Part shown: positions 14,040-27,459 of the stretch, one piece after another | Position numbering within the stretch: the first letter of the stretch is position 1 | How the letters are laid out: each line of letters begins with the position of its first letter | Source of the DNA: Ginglymostoma cirratum | Lineage: Eukaryota | Direction: 5' to 3' | Length of the DNA stretch: 64,000 nucleotides | Assembly (NCBI GenBank): GCA_024137785.1 | Contig: JAHRHZ010000022.1 | Coordinates: 32,096,511 to 32,160,510, forward strand | Made by a program: the position numbers and the translations under genes | The notes under the pieces: generated by a model | Database searches by the model: none | What the model saw: the letters and a program-made list of their open reading frames with translations, nothing else | Told to the model about the DNA's origin: nothing

Positions 14040-14640
14040 GCACGTGGAATACAAAGATATAGACATATGATTGAGGGAGTAGAAGCGCTAAGCCATTTGA
14101 CCCCTCCAAATTGCTCTGCCATTTAATAAGATCATTGCTGATTTAGTTATAATCTCAACTCAACATTCGTAACTATCTCCATTAACCATTCCTCCCCTTA
14201 TTACTAAGAATCTGTCCACCTTGGCCTCAAAAATATTCAAAGGTTCTGCTTCCATGTCTCAAAGAAAACATTTCACCTCATCTCTGCTATTAATAAGCAA
14301 TCCCTCATCCTTAAACACTGACCTGTTTTCGAGATTTTCATACGAGAGGAAATATTCTCTCCACACCCAGCCTGGCATGATCTTACGTTTCGTTCAAGTC
14401 TTACCCTTACTTTTCTAAACTCCAGTAAACACAAACCCAGGAAGACCAATCTTTCCTCGGAAGACAACCCATCTATTCTGGGAATTAGTCTGATAAACTT
14501 TCTCTGAACTGCTTCTAATGTATTTACATCCTTCGTTCAATAAGGAACTTAATACGATTAACAATATTCAGGATGTGGTCTCATGATGTGCCTTGTATAT
14601 CTGAAGCATAACCTTTCTATTTTTCCGTTCAATTCCCCTC
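14040..14640 (-). mobile_element. CR1 LINE 3' fragment
   Basis: Minus frame SSEERLVFLGLCLLEFRKVR (cf. CR1 YEERL..LGL.SLE.RR.RG) plus 3' UTR. Confidence 0.7.
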
Positions 14641-15409
14641 ATGAAAAATTAGTTGAATTTTAGGTTTGAATTATGATTAATAAAAAAGGTGATTGATGAG
14701 GATGAGATGCATTAAGGAGCTTCCAAGACTAATCATGCACTTGGTTGCATTTTATCATTTTGTCGTGCTGTTTCCCAGTCCTCAGGGCTGCACTGCTTGC
14801 ATTGACTTCAATATTTGCTCGCATGGTCTTTTAGGCAAATGTACTTGGGGGTGCCTTAATCCCTTGCAGCTGCCTTATGTTCCATTTCCTTCAGCATGGC
14901 CTCCAGTGCTACATCCAGAGAGCTGGGTGTCCATTGGCTCCCATGTTGTGGAATTCATTAATGTTTCAGATCCATGTCCTTCCTGTCACTCCTCAATCCA
15001 CATTCCCAGGGCTTCAGGTTGGCTTTAAACAGTGCAGGCTGGTTCTAAGAAGTGCCGGGAGGTTATGATTTTCGTCCACAGTCAATACATCCAGTTAGTA
15101 AATAGCACTGCACACAGCAATCATTCTAATGAGAAAGCAGCATGAGGTCAGCATTCTTCTTGAATTTTAATCAAGTGGCATAGGTTATTTGTACATCACA
15201 GTCTCCAAGTGCATTTTTACAAGCTATTCAATTTAGCCCCCATATTCTTTTTAACAGGAATCTATGAGGTCTTTCATGACTTTTATTAAACCATATGTAG
15301 CTTAACATATAGGTAGGTAGTTGGATTTATTTTGTTAACATCAACCGAGGTGTGGGAAAGATGAATTTTATAATTTGGTATCATTATACAAGCTGAGCGC
15401 GATTGAATC

Positions 15410-15442
15410 TGATCGTAACTGATGTTGCTCCTGATACGATCA
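15410..15442 (+). other. Hairpin with box C/D-type K-turn geometry
   Basis: TGATCGTA-ACT-GATG-TTGCTC-CTGA-TACGATCA: 8-bp stem, 3-nt bulge, tandem GA/AG, U-U, G-C. Function unproven. Confidence 0.35.
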
Positions 15443-18334
15443 CAGACCAGAGCATCAAATTTATATTATGATCTGGCTGGGGATCAGTAACTTTTAGTTT
15501 TAAATTGGACAAAATGTGAGATACAGGTTACTTACAAAGAGAATAAAGCCACAAGATTCCATAGTTTTAAATGAACAATAAACTTTACCATACAATATTA
15601 GAACAGCAATACACTGTAATATACATGCACTTAATATGTGATATATATATAAGCAAAGACTATGATTGAATCCACCCCCACTGTACATAAAATAGTAAAT
15701 GAGATTAAGATCAATTTCATGGATTTCTCAGTAATTTACCCCTAGATGTTAATGCCACGATGGGGTACTAAATCTCATTAAAACATCACCAAAGAATTAT
15801 AATTCTTCACTTCTGCTGATCTGGACTTGAAGCTCTGTCCGCTAACTCATGAACTACTTCAACAACTGATCCCATTCTGGTCAATTACTTCCTTTTCCTG
15901 GATCTATGCTCCCCTGAATTATGAAAATTATATTTCCACATAGACACAACTCCACTTTTCATAAATGTTGAGCTTCATCAAGTCACTACTGTTCCTGAAT
16001 TTTCTGACCTCTAATCTTGCTCAGTTGCATCCAACAAATACTTATTATGGGCTTTCACTCCTCACTCTCAGCTGTACCGAGGTATTAATATTTGCACGCT
16101 TCTTCGAAGCTTCTCCTGGCTTTTCCTAGCACAGAGACAGCAGACTTGTACATTCCTGGCTCCCCAGGACTGATACTAAGCCCAGATCTCATCATTTATC
16201 TGCCCACTAATTCCTAGATCCTCCTCCTGTAATCTGACAGCACAGAGCCAACTGATTTCAGTTGACTTCTCACTGAGTCGCCTGCACAGAACCCATGTAG
16301 CTCAGTTGCCTTTGAAGCAGTATATCTGAAAGAACAGTCATAGCATAAAGTCTACTCTCTGTCTCCTTTTGTGGCCTTTAATCACCTCTCCAGTGACACC
16401 GAACAGGTATGAATAAACTATCAAACTTTTTGCACTAAGACCCTCCAATTTTGCTGGGCAGAACTGAATATTGCTGCCTAGCAATGCTTGAATCTCAGGG
16501 TGCTCTGAATGTTACAATTCTCAGACTTCTGGCTTACCCAGTACAAAAAAGGAATTACAAAATGAAAGATTTATCACTTTCTACATAATCACTTGCTGTG
16601 AAATAAAACTGCTTAATGGCCAGATCAAGTCTTGTTTTACCAGGTATTTTTGTAATCCACCTTTGAAAAATGTTGAAGTACACACAGAAGAAGCATTTGC
16701 AAACAACACATAAATCCAGCTCAGATGACGATGGAATAGTTGCTACACGGTTGTTATATAGTTGTTATACCCTTGAGCTATGCTATCTTATTGTTGAATC
16801 GTGAACACACCTTTAAGATACCGAGATTGAGGAGCAAGTATTGAAAAGGCTATCAGCGACACAACCTAAACTTGTGCATAGGTTGATTGGCAAGAGATGA
16901 AAAAAAATTATATCCTCAACATTGCTTTTACCAGTAATGATAGACAGAAGTTTAATAGTTTATATGGGATTAATCTAGCTAATATCTAAATGGAAACACC
17001 AGGCTACTTAATATAAACAGGTTCATGCCCACATTAAACTAATGGACACAATCAATGGAAATCAATGGAGATGAAAATGGAGTTGTTTCTATAGCAGACA
17101 GTTAGTGCACAAGGCAGTTTTGCGCTCGGGTGACAAGAGTGAAATCTATCTGAACATCTCTAGGGATGATCGGATGTTGACTAAAATGTGTTGTGTCTGA
17201 AAGTTTATTCTTAATGTATGCGCCCTTGCATATTTTGCTTTAGGATTCACTTCAGTGAGGTTGGTTTCTTCATAGACAATCAATTCACATTTAACTTCAA
17301 AAGCCAAAGAAAAATGCAAAAAGTTAAAGAGTGCACCTTTTAAATGTTCCTTAAGTATATAGGTGCATCTCAAAACATAACTTCACTGCAGTCATTTGGT
17401 TCTAGACTTGTATGTCACACTTTGACACAAAACTGGAATGCAGAAAAGCTGCATAAACGTAACTAAGTTTCAAAAACAGCTCACTTCTAATATATTGGGA
17501 AAACATGAATTATGTATGAAAATGCAAAATAAAAATTTTCTTCAGTGAAAATTTCTAATTAGTTTATTATTTTACAGATTGTTGAACATAATGCATCTTT
17601 CCCAAATAATATTAAGGAGTTGTGCTTTTTTTTTTAACTTCAGCTCTATTTATGCACCCTTTTCATGTTCTTCAATATTTTAGCTATTGTTGCACTTCAA
17701 AAAAATGCAAGAATATAAATTACATCATCCAATTTTTATCTTTTACACTGCCACGTACATTGTGGTGTGAAGTATTGTTGCATCCGTATGTTACACTTTG
17801 AAGAGCTGGCTCACAGACTTTTCACTGCATCTGCACACCAACTGCTCAAAATCAAAAAATACGTTGGGATGATCAAATATATAAGGGGAAGATATAATCA
17901 GTTAATCCATGTGCTCTTACTAGGTAGGCATGAGCAGTTGTTAGTTCTGGAGAAGTACAGAAAACATGGATACAACATTACATCACTAAAACAAAACAAG
18001 GTAGACAATTTTAACTTTTGGTCAATTTGTACGATCAACCATCCATTTTGTCTTCAAAAACCCACTTGTGAAAGTAAAACCCTATTCAGACATAAAGCTG
18101 GGAGGTAAGCTGCTGGGTTTTGCCGCAACTTTTCAGATTTAGATCTCAAGGTTTGACTGAGGGAGACTGTCAGCAAAGTTCTTTGCAGGCAGAGAAGTTG
18201 TGGTCACAAGGGGTAGAAATCCTACATGGCATGGTTTTGTTACTCATCAAAATAATTTGACACTTTCCTTTGAGGTCTTCAATTCCATTGCCTTTGAAAC
18301 CTCAATATGCCATTAATATCATTGGGTGCTAGTT

Positions 18335-18598
18335 TCATACAATCACGGAATCCTTACAGTGCAAATGGAGGCCATTTGGCCCATCATGATTGCACCAACC
18401 CTCCACAGAGCATCCTACTCATACTTACACTATCCCCATACCTTTGCATTTCCCACGGCTAACCATCTAGCTTGCACGTCCCTGGACATCACGTGGCAAT
18501 TTAGCATCGCCAATCCACCCAATCTGCATATCTGTGAATTGTGGGAGGAAACCGGAGCACCTGGAGAAAACCCACACTGACACGGGGAGAACAGACAG
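18335..18598 (-). mobile_element. HE1-like V-SINE, 5' truncated
   Basis: Reverse complement of TTCTCCCCGTGTCAGTGTGGGTTTTCTCCAGGTGCTCCGGTTTCCTCCCAC (V-domain) plus CR1-like tail. Confidence 0.8.
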
Positions 18599-20194
18599 TA
18601 TATTAAGGGGGGACTAACCTCTCTTTAACTCCTTGTATTCTTGGTTGGACTTCATAGCTAGTGCTAACACAGAATTTAGGACTGATAGCCTTACGAGTGA
18701 TTGTTAGTATCCCATGACATCAGAAAAGGACAAGAAAAACACTCCAAGGATTACTATGCAAATAATCAAGATCCAGGAACATAAATACATTAAAAACAGA
18801 AAATGCTGCAGGTTCTTGCAGGCCTGCCAGTATCTGTGGAGAGAGAAACAGACTTAACAAGCAGAATTTCCTAGGCAAACATGGGCTACGGTGAAAGATT
18901 TGTGAGAATGTCATGAGAAATGGAGTGAGACCTTTCCGGACTCGAGTACAACAAGTGGCACGCATTTTCCAACTAAGTTCTAGAACATGGAGGTGAGATT
19001 TTTGCCAGTGAGTGGCAAGAGATCAATTGACTGGGATTATTACTCATTACACTTAAAATGCAGATTCCCATTTTACCATCTGCAGGACAGAAACTAGGTG
19101 CTGAGAATCCCCCACATGAATGTCGGTGTGTGGACTCCAGCTTACTGCTTGCTCTTTGTGACATCCAGCTTGCACACCTGGCACCAATGTCTCAGGGCGT
19201 GCTTCAGATTAGCGGCTGTGCTCAGCCCATCTCCATATGCACTGCCGTCCATCTGCCCCTTTCATTGTAATGCTTCTGCAAAACACTGCGCATTCAGGGA
19301 TAGGCACCCAACTCAATGATTGGACCAGTCTGCACCCTAGGGCTACTTGCTTGCCTTTTTAGTGATCACTGACTGAGTGCCTACCAAAATGCTAACAGCG
19401 TCCCTGCCTTGTCAGTCAGTGCTGCCCACCGCCTCCCCCGCCCCCAATCCACAACCCTCCTCCCACCTCAGCCAGAGCTAACAGATACTCAGTACTTCTG
19501 ACTTCATTTGCCTTGCATTGTAGACACAAAGCTAGGAAGTTTGTCATGGATGTCAACAGTCGTCAGTCAGGGAGATGGACAAGTTGCCGACCTGCGTCAT
19601 GCTCTGTCAATCTCGCATCTGTATCATGTGACAGTAGCACAAGAGCCAAACATGTACTGTGTGTGTTTCAAGCAAAAGATCATACCTCAGGGTCTAAGGG
19701 GAGTGGTCCTCAGTCATAACCAGAGGGACATCAATCAATCAGGGGTCCAGGCACTGTAAGTCAAGGACAACCTCTAATTTCAGTCCAGGAGCTTGGGCAC
19801 AGTCATTCACCCTGCTGGTGTGGTCAGGATCACAATCTGTTCCTCGCAGAAAGTGAGAAACTTAGAGTTGGGCAGCCCAGCACCCACCTTGTCTCATTCT
19901 GTTTATCACAGCCTGTTCTTTCTTGATGTAAGAGAAAAGAAGGGACTGAATGAGATGTAAATCAGCTGTTTGTGCTAGTGCAGGTGGGAGAAAGGTGGTG
20001 AAGTGTCCCGAGACAATGAGTGGCAAGTGCAGCGGCCAGAACAGGTTAGTTTTGTGGTTAAATTGGGTGGATAAGAGTAAATGAAGGAAGATATTGCAGG
20101 GAATAGAGAGAGAGTGGTAAAGCATGTGCCCTGGTGGGAAATGTGTTCAGTAGCAGAGAAACTGTGTGTGAGGTATTAGAGAGAAGGTGGTGAC

Positions 20195-20403
20195 ACATAA
20201 ATCTGCCTGAGCAAAGAAGGTCCTTGACCTTTCTGCTATATTTCCAGGCATTTCTGGGACAGCTAAGACTGAACTGGCCTGGCTGTCAGTCTTGGAGCAG
20301 GCTGCTAAGGACAGGACATAGCCTCCTCTATGGGTTTTGTGGGACATTGCTTCTCCGGGTTCCTGTCTGAGAGATGGCGTGCCAATCTCCTCTTCCCTGC
20401 CAT
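20195..20403 (-). pseudogene. Harbinger-type Myb/SANT exon-1 remnant
   Basis: ATG at 20403: MAGKRRLARHLSDRNPE...RNAWKYSRKVKDLLCSGR (cf. APRFSD.DLE...R...QCRKK.NDL). Confidence 0.6.
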
Positions 20404-23400
20404 GTGCAGGAAAATTGTCACAAACCATGCAAGGCAGCTTCAGACTGGAAGTTCTTCACCTGGTTCATAATTGCATTTTAAAATGGCACCATTGTCAGGG
20501 ATCGCAGAATGTCTCTCCAGTGGTGAATATTTCTGGCTGAAGTGAGACAGAGAATTGGGCTAGCAACAGACAAAGATGGGGCACCAAAGGGGTGCAGTAG
20601 GCAGTTAATGTAGCAAGTATGGGATGACGGCACAAGAGATCTCACATGTTCTCTTAGAGAAAACTCTCCACGAAACTTGATGAAAATGACACTTTGCCAA
20701 AATGTGGTAAGATTGAGCCAAGTGTTTCTGATAATGACATTTCTCACGTACCAAGAACATATACTCAGTGCACAAAAAGAAGAAATTTTGTTGAAACTAA
20801 AATCTCTTTAAAAGTCAGTCATAAGGGCCTTAATCTTACAATTGATGGAAAGTGGATGAAATGTTGTTCTGTAAAGCTGGTTGCCTCATTCAAAGGCAAT
20901 GTTATGTTGGTCGGACATGTTAACCTTTCTCAGTTTCTGGTTTAGACAGATGAGGTCGTAAGGCATGAACTTTCTATCAAAACTTTTTCACATGCATTCA
21001 TTTATTCAGTGGAGTGCACTGATCCATTCGGGCCAATAGCAGGTTGAATTCAGTGAATGCCTTAAGGGAAGGAGATCGTGATTCTGTTACAAAGGTCGAA
21101 GATCTTTCTTTCTTTGGTAAAATTCTCATACAGTGCACTTTTTTTTAAAATCATTGTTTCCTATTCATTGGCTTCAAATCTGAACTCTTAAATTTGGATG
21201 GCATCTGGAAGTGTTAATTAGCAATCAGGTTTGAGCAAATCATTATTGGAATTTTTTTTATTATTTCAAAAGTGTTTACCCAATGTCCAGTATGAGTGGA
21301 TATTTGAAGTTGATCCCAGTTATGTTTTGGATATGAATTGTATTTCTTTCATGTAACTAACAATCATGATTCAGGCCCTGTGCAGACCTCTAGCCTTCAG
21401 CCTCTAAAATTCAAGTCTAATTTTGAAATGCTTTGAAGTTGCTGTGTGAAAGAAGATCCTAATTACTACTGCTCCACCACAACAGAAAGAAGTTGTAACA
21501 TATAGTGAATACATTTTACAGCAAGGTGGTGTAAGAAAGGATTAGGCGCTAATCAAATTGACTGAAAGACTGGGCCTTTTATCTAGAATATGGTGGGAAA
21601 GCAACATTTATAATCACATGCAAATCCACATATTGAGCATCTGCCACATCTTGATTACATGACAAAATATTCTGTGGCTTTGCGCCACACAAACCCTGCA
21701 TACTGACACTAACATGGGCAGAAGTAGTCCCATTACTGTAGGTTAATAGAAGGAGACCCACTTGATCATTTTTCGAAACAGCGATCCAATAGTGGCCTTA
21801 TTCATTGTAGAACATCTCTCATCCATATGGAGAACATGCAAATTGGTTGTCAGGTGAGAATTGGCTCAAGCACTGGGCAGCAAATGTACACTTATTGTGG
21901 AACACCATATGGTATATTATTAAGTGAATTCATAGAGCAAACTAACTTGCAGAGCAAGTGTAATGCAATTACACCATTCCATCTGAGAATTAGAGCAGGA
22001 TGAGTGAATCAAAAAGCTGTCTTGGCTGGCGTCAAATGGAAATAAATAAATTTGTTTATTATGCATGTTTACTGGGAAAACAGATAACAGTTTAAGCTTT
22101 GCAAGGTAAATTTACTGACTGCACTAAAACTGAAATTCATGGAACTAACTTAGAATTTCAAAGGTGGTTAAAAGATTAAAAGCTGCAAAATTGGCTCGTA
22201 GCATATGGAATCAATCAGAATTAAAGTTGATTCCATAAATAACAGCTTTGCATTGGCAGCAGTTTGATTTATAAGGCCTCTTTGGCACAGACAGCCTTCA
22301 GTAAAGTAAACAAGTTAGCTGATTCGATCATTCGATGTGCCCTTAACGAACTAGGCACATGCTTCAGCTGAGTGAGATTAAAGACCTGAAATGTGAAAAT
22401 ATAGTGCAGTGCTGTGATTTGGATTCAAAAAAATGCAGCCACTTTTGAAAGGGATGTGAAATTGAGTGTTCATGATATACCTTCATACAATCAGTCATAT
22501 GTTAGTGTGAGACATTGCAAATATCGCAAACATAAAAGTGAATTTTGGTCTCGATTAGTTTCTGGGCACGGACTTGACATTATGAGACTGGTATGAGGCC
22601 AATTCAAGGGCAGGACTTTCCTGTGGATTTCTGAACCCCACAGCCAGGTTAAAATGAGGGTTAGAAGGATGCGTTGTGTGGGAAACAATCATTCATTGTG
22701 ATTTTCCCAAGAGCGATAAATTAATGAGAAAGGATTGGGCTCATAGCCACTTGGAGCGAGAGGATCAATCAAAAGCCTTCCACCCTGAAAGCAGCAGCTG
22801 TGGAAGATACATGAGGGAAAGGGGGTGTCAATATAGCAGAACTTTTTTCTGTCTTTTTAAAGTTCAAACAAAACATGGTTTTTGCAGCCAGGCCACGACT
22901 TGGAGCAGTGTGTGTTGGGGTGGGCCCTCGATGGGACAGCCTGCTGCAACATTCGGGCTCCTATGAATTAGGTACTTAACATGGCTCTGTGCTCATTAAG
23001 TAGGTTTCCTAATGTTTAGTGACAGACTTTAGCAGCTGTTTGTGATAGAGGGCTGTATCATGCCATTATATATAAATTCACAGATCTTTAAAAAAATGTA
23101 TCACAAGTTAACTCTGTTGTAGTATCCAGACTTCTCTTTGCCTTTCAAAATGTGGGACATTTTATATTTGCCAATTTTTAAATTTTAACATACAAAGCCA
23201 CAGAAATGGCTGCAGAAATAAGTGAGGGAAGTGGGAGGGTTGCTTTATGAGTCAACGCACTCCATTTCTGCATTCTTGCTGATTGGATAGCAGATCCATC
23301 GTATCAACGGATAACTCGCTGACATGGTGAAAAAAAGCAACCGATTCCTGCTTCGCATCAGGATATGGTTTGCAACCCAGGGTCATTCCCACCCTCCTGG

Positions 23401-25039
23401 CTCCACTCTTGACTCTCGAGCTATGGAGAATCATAAAATGGCCCAATCTCTTGCACAAGTTCCTCTTGTTTATAATAGTTAACCCATACAACAAACATAA
23501 GGACAGATGGTGATTCTGAAACTGTAAGTGTTGGACTGCTGCAGTTCAAGAAGGTGGCTCACTGTTGCCTTCTCAAGTACAATTAGGAATGGACACCAAA
23601 ATAAACAGTGACTGGGCCATCAAGCTCACACCCTACAAAACCTTTCTTCTCACTAAAGGAAGTGTCTGTCGGTTCAGCTTGTGCTTTTGTATCCAGTCAT
23701 AAATAAACCTTTCTAATTAACCTGTACACGTTAATTGTTTTTAAAATTATTTTTCTTGTCTTTTGTTACTTCGACATACAGTACTTTGGAGAAGTGTCGA
23801 ATGACTACTTGTTTTGAAAAAGGGAAAAACCCTCAATAACTCTACCGCTTACTAGCCAACAGTATTTTCATAAACCTTTCTTTTCCTGTATTATTCAATG
23901 TTCATGGTTGCAAATGCAAAAATACCTTCTTCCCACCAACAATTGAATTCTCAGTTTTTAATTTGGAAATAGGTTGCATATTGTAGATATTGATCAATAA
24001 CATAAAGATTATCAAATTTAGCTGTTTGTACAGCTGGAACAGGAGAAGAAAATGACTGTTTTGCAGTGGTATAGTAAAAGCTGATGTAATTCTGAGTTGT
24101 ATAATTCAAGATGTGTTGTTGAAGCACTGCAGGAAGGACTCCTGATTGTTCTAGGATTGTTCCTTTTGGCCTTGGAAAGTTCCATTCTAATATTGTATAC
24201 AAAGAACTCACCTTTTCTGTTTGACACAATATTCAGTCACCTTGACAATGTAAAACAAAATGTTCTCACCATGCACAAGAAACTCACCTCTGGAGCAACC
24301 CATCTTATCCTCCCTCCCCAAGTGGTTACAGATAACTATGACGGTATTGCTGAGTCTGTGGCAGGTCACTTTAGTTGCCACCCTTTTGTTAAGAAGGGAA
24401 TGCATCAATGTCCAAAGAGTGTGTGTAAACCCACGAAGTACCATTATCATCACATCACTTAGCCCAACCAACTGGTGCAAAACCAGGATGCCAAACTTAG
24501 GCCATGCGGATCTAGGCAACATGATCATACTTCAGCATGCCAACAGCATCATGAAGCTACAATATGGACCCAGTGTTAATATTCCTTCTGTTCTAGTAAA
24601 CCCTTTTCAAAAAGGCAAGTGGCAATGATTCCAGCATTGTCAAACACTTTTTGGATGCCAGATAGCAAAAAAAGCCAAGGCTGGAATGACGGAAGACCAG
24701 GTGGGCTAGGAAACAAGAGATCCACAGTAACACTATCAGTAGCTTGTTCATCACACCAGAAAGAAATAGGAAAGTGTGTTGCAAGTTAATAAAGGGACAG
24801 AAGGCAGGAACCTACTGTCATCCTCAGAATGTCAATGATTCTGTCATCTTGTGTTTGTCAGATAGCTGCTGATATATGAATGTGTTGAGGGATATTGGTA
24901 GAATTTTGAGAGTCGGATGGAATATTTAGATGTTTGGCATGAGTCCTGACTGCTAGGGAGTACTGATGAATGAATGATGGGTCATGTGGTGCATTAAGTG
25001 TTGTGACAGATTTGACATGGTTAGGTAGGAGATGCAATC

Positions 25040-25251
25040 ATTGACTTTGACCACCCAGATGAGGTCATTTGACTTTCTGTACCACTATTTCTACATCCTC
25101 ATGGATTGAGCTTCCTGGCTATCTGCTCCCATTCCTTTTGAGGTGGGCCTTCATAGCCTCGTGAAACAATGGTGACTCTCCAGCTGTTCATCACCAGTAA
25201 TACCTCCAGAACTGGATCAGTCACTCTGGAACCCTCTCTTTGTCTTGGCAT
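25040..25251 (-). pseudogene. Harbinger-type Myb/SANT exon-1 remnant
   Basis: MPRQREGSRVTDPVLEVLL...KEWEQIARKLNP*...RKSNDLIWVVK. Confidence 0.65.
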
Positions 25252-26314
25252 TACAATTGCCATCATTTAAATTCCAGAAACTTTATTCAGCACAGCTTGC
25301 CATTAATAGGAGACCCTACCTTAATAAAAAGAGTGTTGGCTGTCCATATGTTTCCAATACAACACTGATCAGCCCCTTTCTGAGTGCAAAGGAAGCCACC
25401 AGCTAGGAACCTGCTCCATGCCACACAACAATCAGGGGGATAAAAAGGAAGGATCAAGTTTACATCTTGCCTGACTCCACTAAAACCAGCACAGGGATGT
25501 TGTAAATCAAGAACGCCGCATCAACAAAACAAGGCAAATAAATTTTTAACTCCAAATATTTTTTAAAAATTTCTTCAATTATTTAGTAAGCTGGCAGAGA
25601 GTCATAGGTAATTACAGTCAATATATGCCAGTATTATCATAAAAGCAATGCTTAATTATGAGGACTTATGGCAATTGAGGCACAGATGGTTTCTGTTTCA
25701 AGCCAACCCTTTGGCACAATTGTGCTGTCCCATGACACTGCCAGTGGGACCACAACACATCATGCACGTAGCTTTGCATCATTTCTGGAGGACAGCTCAT
25801 TGTAACAGGCTTCCTGCACATCTGAAGGTGCTAGCAGTAAAACCGTGCAGGAAACAAACTGGATCTCAGCACAGAACGTCAAGCAAATCAGTGAGTTTTA
25901 TGAATTTTCTGGTCCACTTCTGACTGCCTTTGGCTTGCCACCAACTTTTACTGACAGCTTTGGGGATTTACTGCTACAATCAGCAGCTAAAATCCACAAA
26001 TATCTGCCAGTATTTCAATTGCGGTTTCTGAGATTTTGAAAGGAATTGCTAGAATCAATAGTGGGGAGTATTTTGTTGCTGGCTGGGGAGTCTAGGAGAT
26101 GAGAACATAACCTTAAAGCCCAAGCCTGACCATCCAAGAGAAAAACTTAGAAATATGACTTCATGCTGTATGTAGTATGAGTGTGAAATCCTATCAAGTA
26201 AGAACTTAAAATTGAAGATTAATGCATTTTTTCTAGCCAGAAGTATTTGGAACCAAGTCAGGGAAATGATGTCAATACAATAGGTTGAATGATGGTGGAA
26301 CTAACACAAAATGT

Positions 26315-26440
26315 CACAGGAGTTGAAACGTTAAACTCTGCTTTCTTCCCAGAGATGCTGCCAGAGCTGCTGAGTTTCATCAGCAATTTCTGTTTTTGTT
26401 TCAGATCTCCAGCATCCGCAGTTCTTTGTTTTATTTTAGG
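26315..26440 (+). mobile_element. PLE-terminus fragment (older subfamily)
   Basis: GAAACGTTAAACTCTGCTTTC...AGATGCTGCCAGAGCTGCTGAGTTT...CAGATCTCCAGCATCCGCAGT; similar to the reverse complement of 55795-55930. Confidence 0.65.
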
Positions 26441-27459
26441 TTCTTGGACTTGCTGGGAGCTGCACAATAGGATTACCATGATTGATAGAAGTGTTTGTCA
26501 GAGCAACACCACACCTGTCCCACGCAGGAAACATTTAAATATTTCACAGTATGTTGGAAGAAGCACACGCTGGCCACCAAAGCCAAATACAACATTTGCA
26601 CCTTCTACTCAGAAATCACGCACTATATTTTGGCAAAGAGGCAGAACTGAGGTAAAACACAAAGATCATGCATACCTTACATGGCGTTAGATAAAATAAA
26701 ATAGATAGGTTTGATTTAAACTGTATCTTGACAGCTCACTTGGGATGTGGGTTCAATAAAAACACAAGAGTATCCATTGCAAATTGATATTCATGGCAGT
26801 TGATTTTGAACGAGGAAAATGGTGGAGATAGTGCAGTAGTCCATTTCATTAGGGCACATTGATTGGAGCCTGCCTTTCACCTGTTACTTCCCTCAGATGT
26901 AGTTTCATGTTTGGTCTTTTACCATCTTTTTTCCAAACAGTGTTTGGATGTGTCGAAATGAACAAACCATGAGGGTGCCGTCCCACTGGTGGTCTAGCTT
27001 CTGTCAAAATTCTCAATTTGCAACAAGTAAGTTAATGACTGAAACATTATTTCTGAATGGGAAGTGCAAATGTTATAATTAGTTTTGGCTGTTATGAGTT
27101 CTTCTTAGGACATGGTCCAGCACACCATGAGTCATTTTATGCCAATGCTGGGTGGAAGGTTGTATTGGAAGCGCATAGATACTTGGCTGGTTACATAAGT
27201 ATCAGTTACTCCTATAAGAATTCCAATATCCTTATTTTAGGAATTAACCCAATTTGCACTTCATCTGCTTCTTTGATGGCATTACTTTTGAGAACAAAAC
27301 CTAAAATCCGAGCCTTTTGTATGTCGACTTCTTCAATATCTCTCAAGGCAGACTGAGCAAATGTTTGGCAAGGCAAAATTTGATCTGAAATATTGAACTG
27401 CTTCATTTCACAGGGAGTGAGCGCGCAGAGCAACGATTATTATCAGATTCAAACATGCA

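Larger units (their letters stand above)
12430..14944 (-). pseudogene. Decayed multi-exon Myb/SANT-like (MSANTD / Myb_DNA-bind_5-type) gene of a Harbinger-type transposon
   Basis: Exon 1 (~14944-14735): TPSSLDVALEAMLKEMEHK...EVNASSAALRTGKQ. Exon 2 after acceptor cttgaag|13938: DKGLHNK...LMMETVLAIV. GC-richer downstream remnant to ~12430. Contains stops and frameshifts. Confidence 0.6.

Noticed and set aside
23951-24628. Cluster of overlapping ORFs with an AAG|GTGAGT donor-like site on the minus strand
   Set aside because: No recognisable protein motif in any frame and no matching acceptor or neighbouring exon.
27212-27433. Protein-like minus-strand ORF (ALRDIEEVDIQKARILGF)
   Set aside because: No family recognised and splice signals are weak; it needs BLASTx before it can be called an exon.
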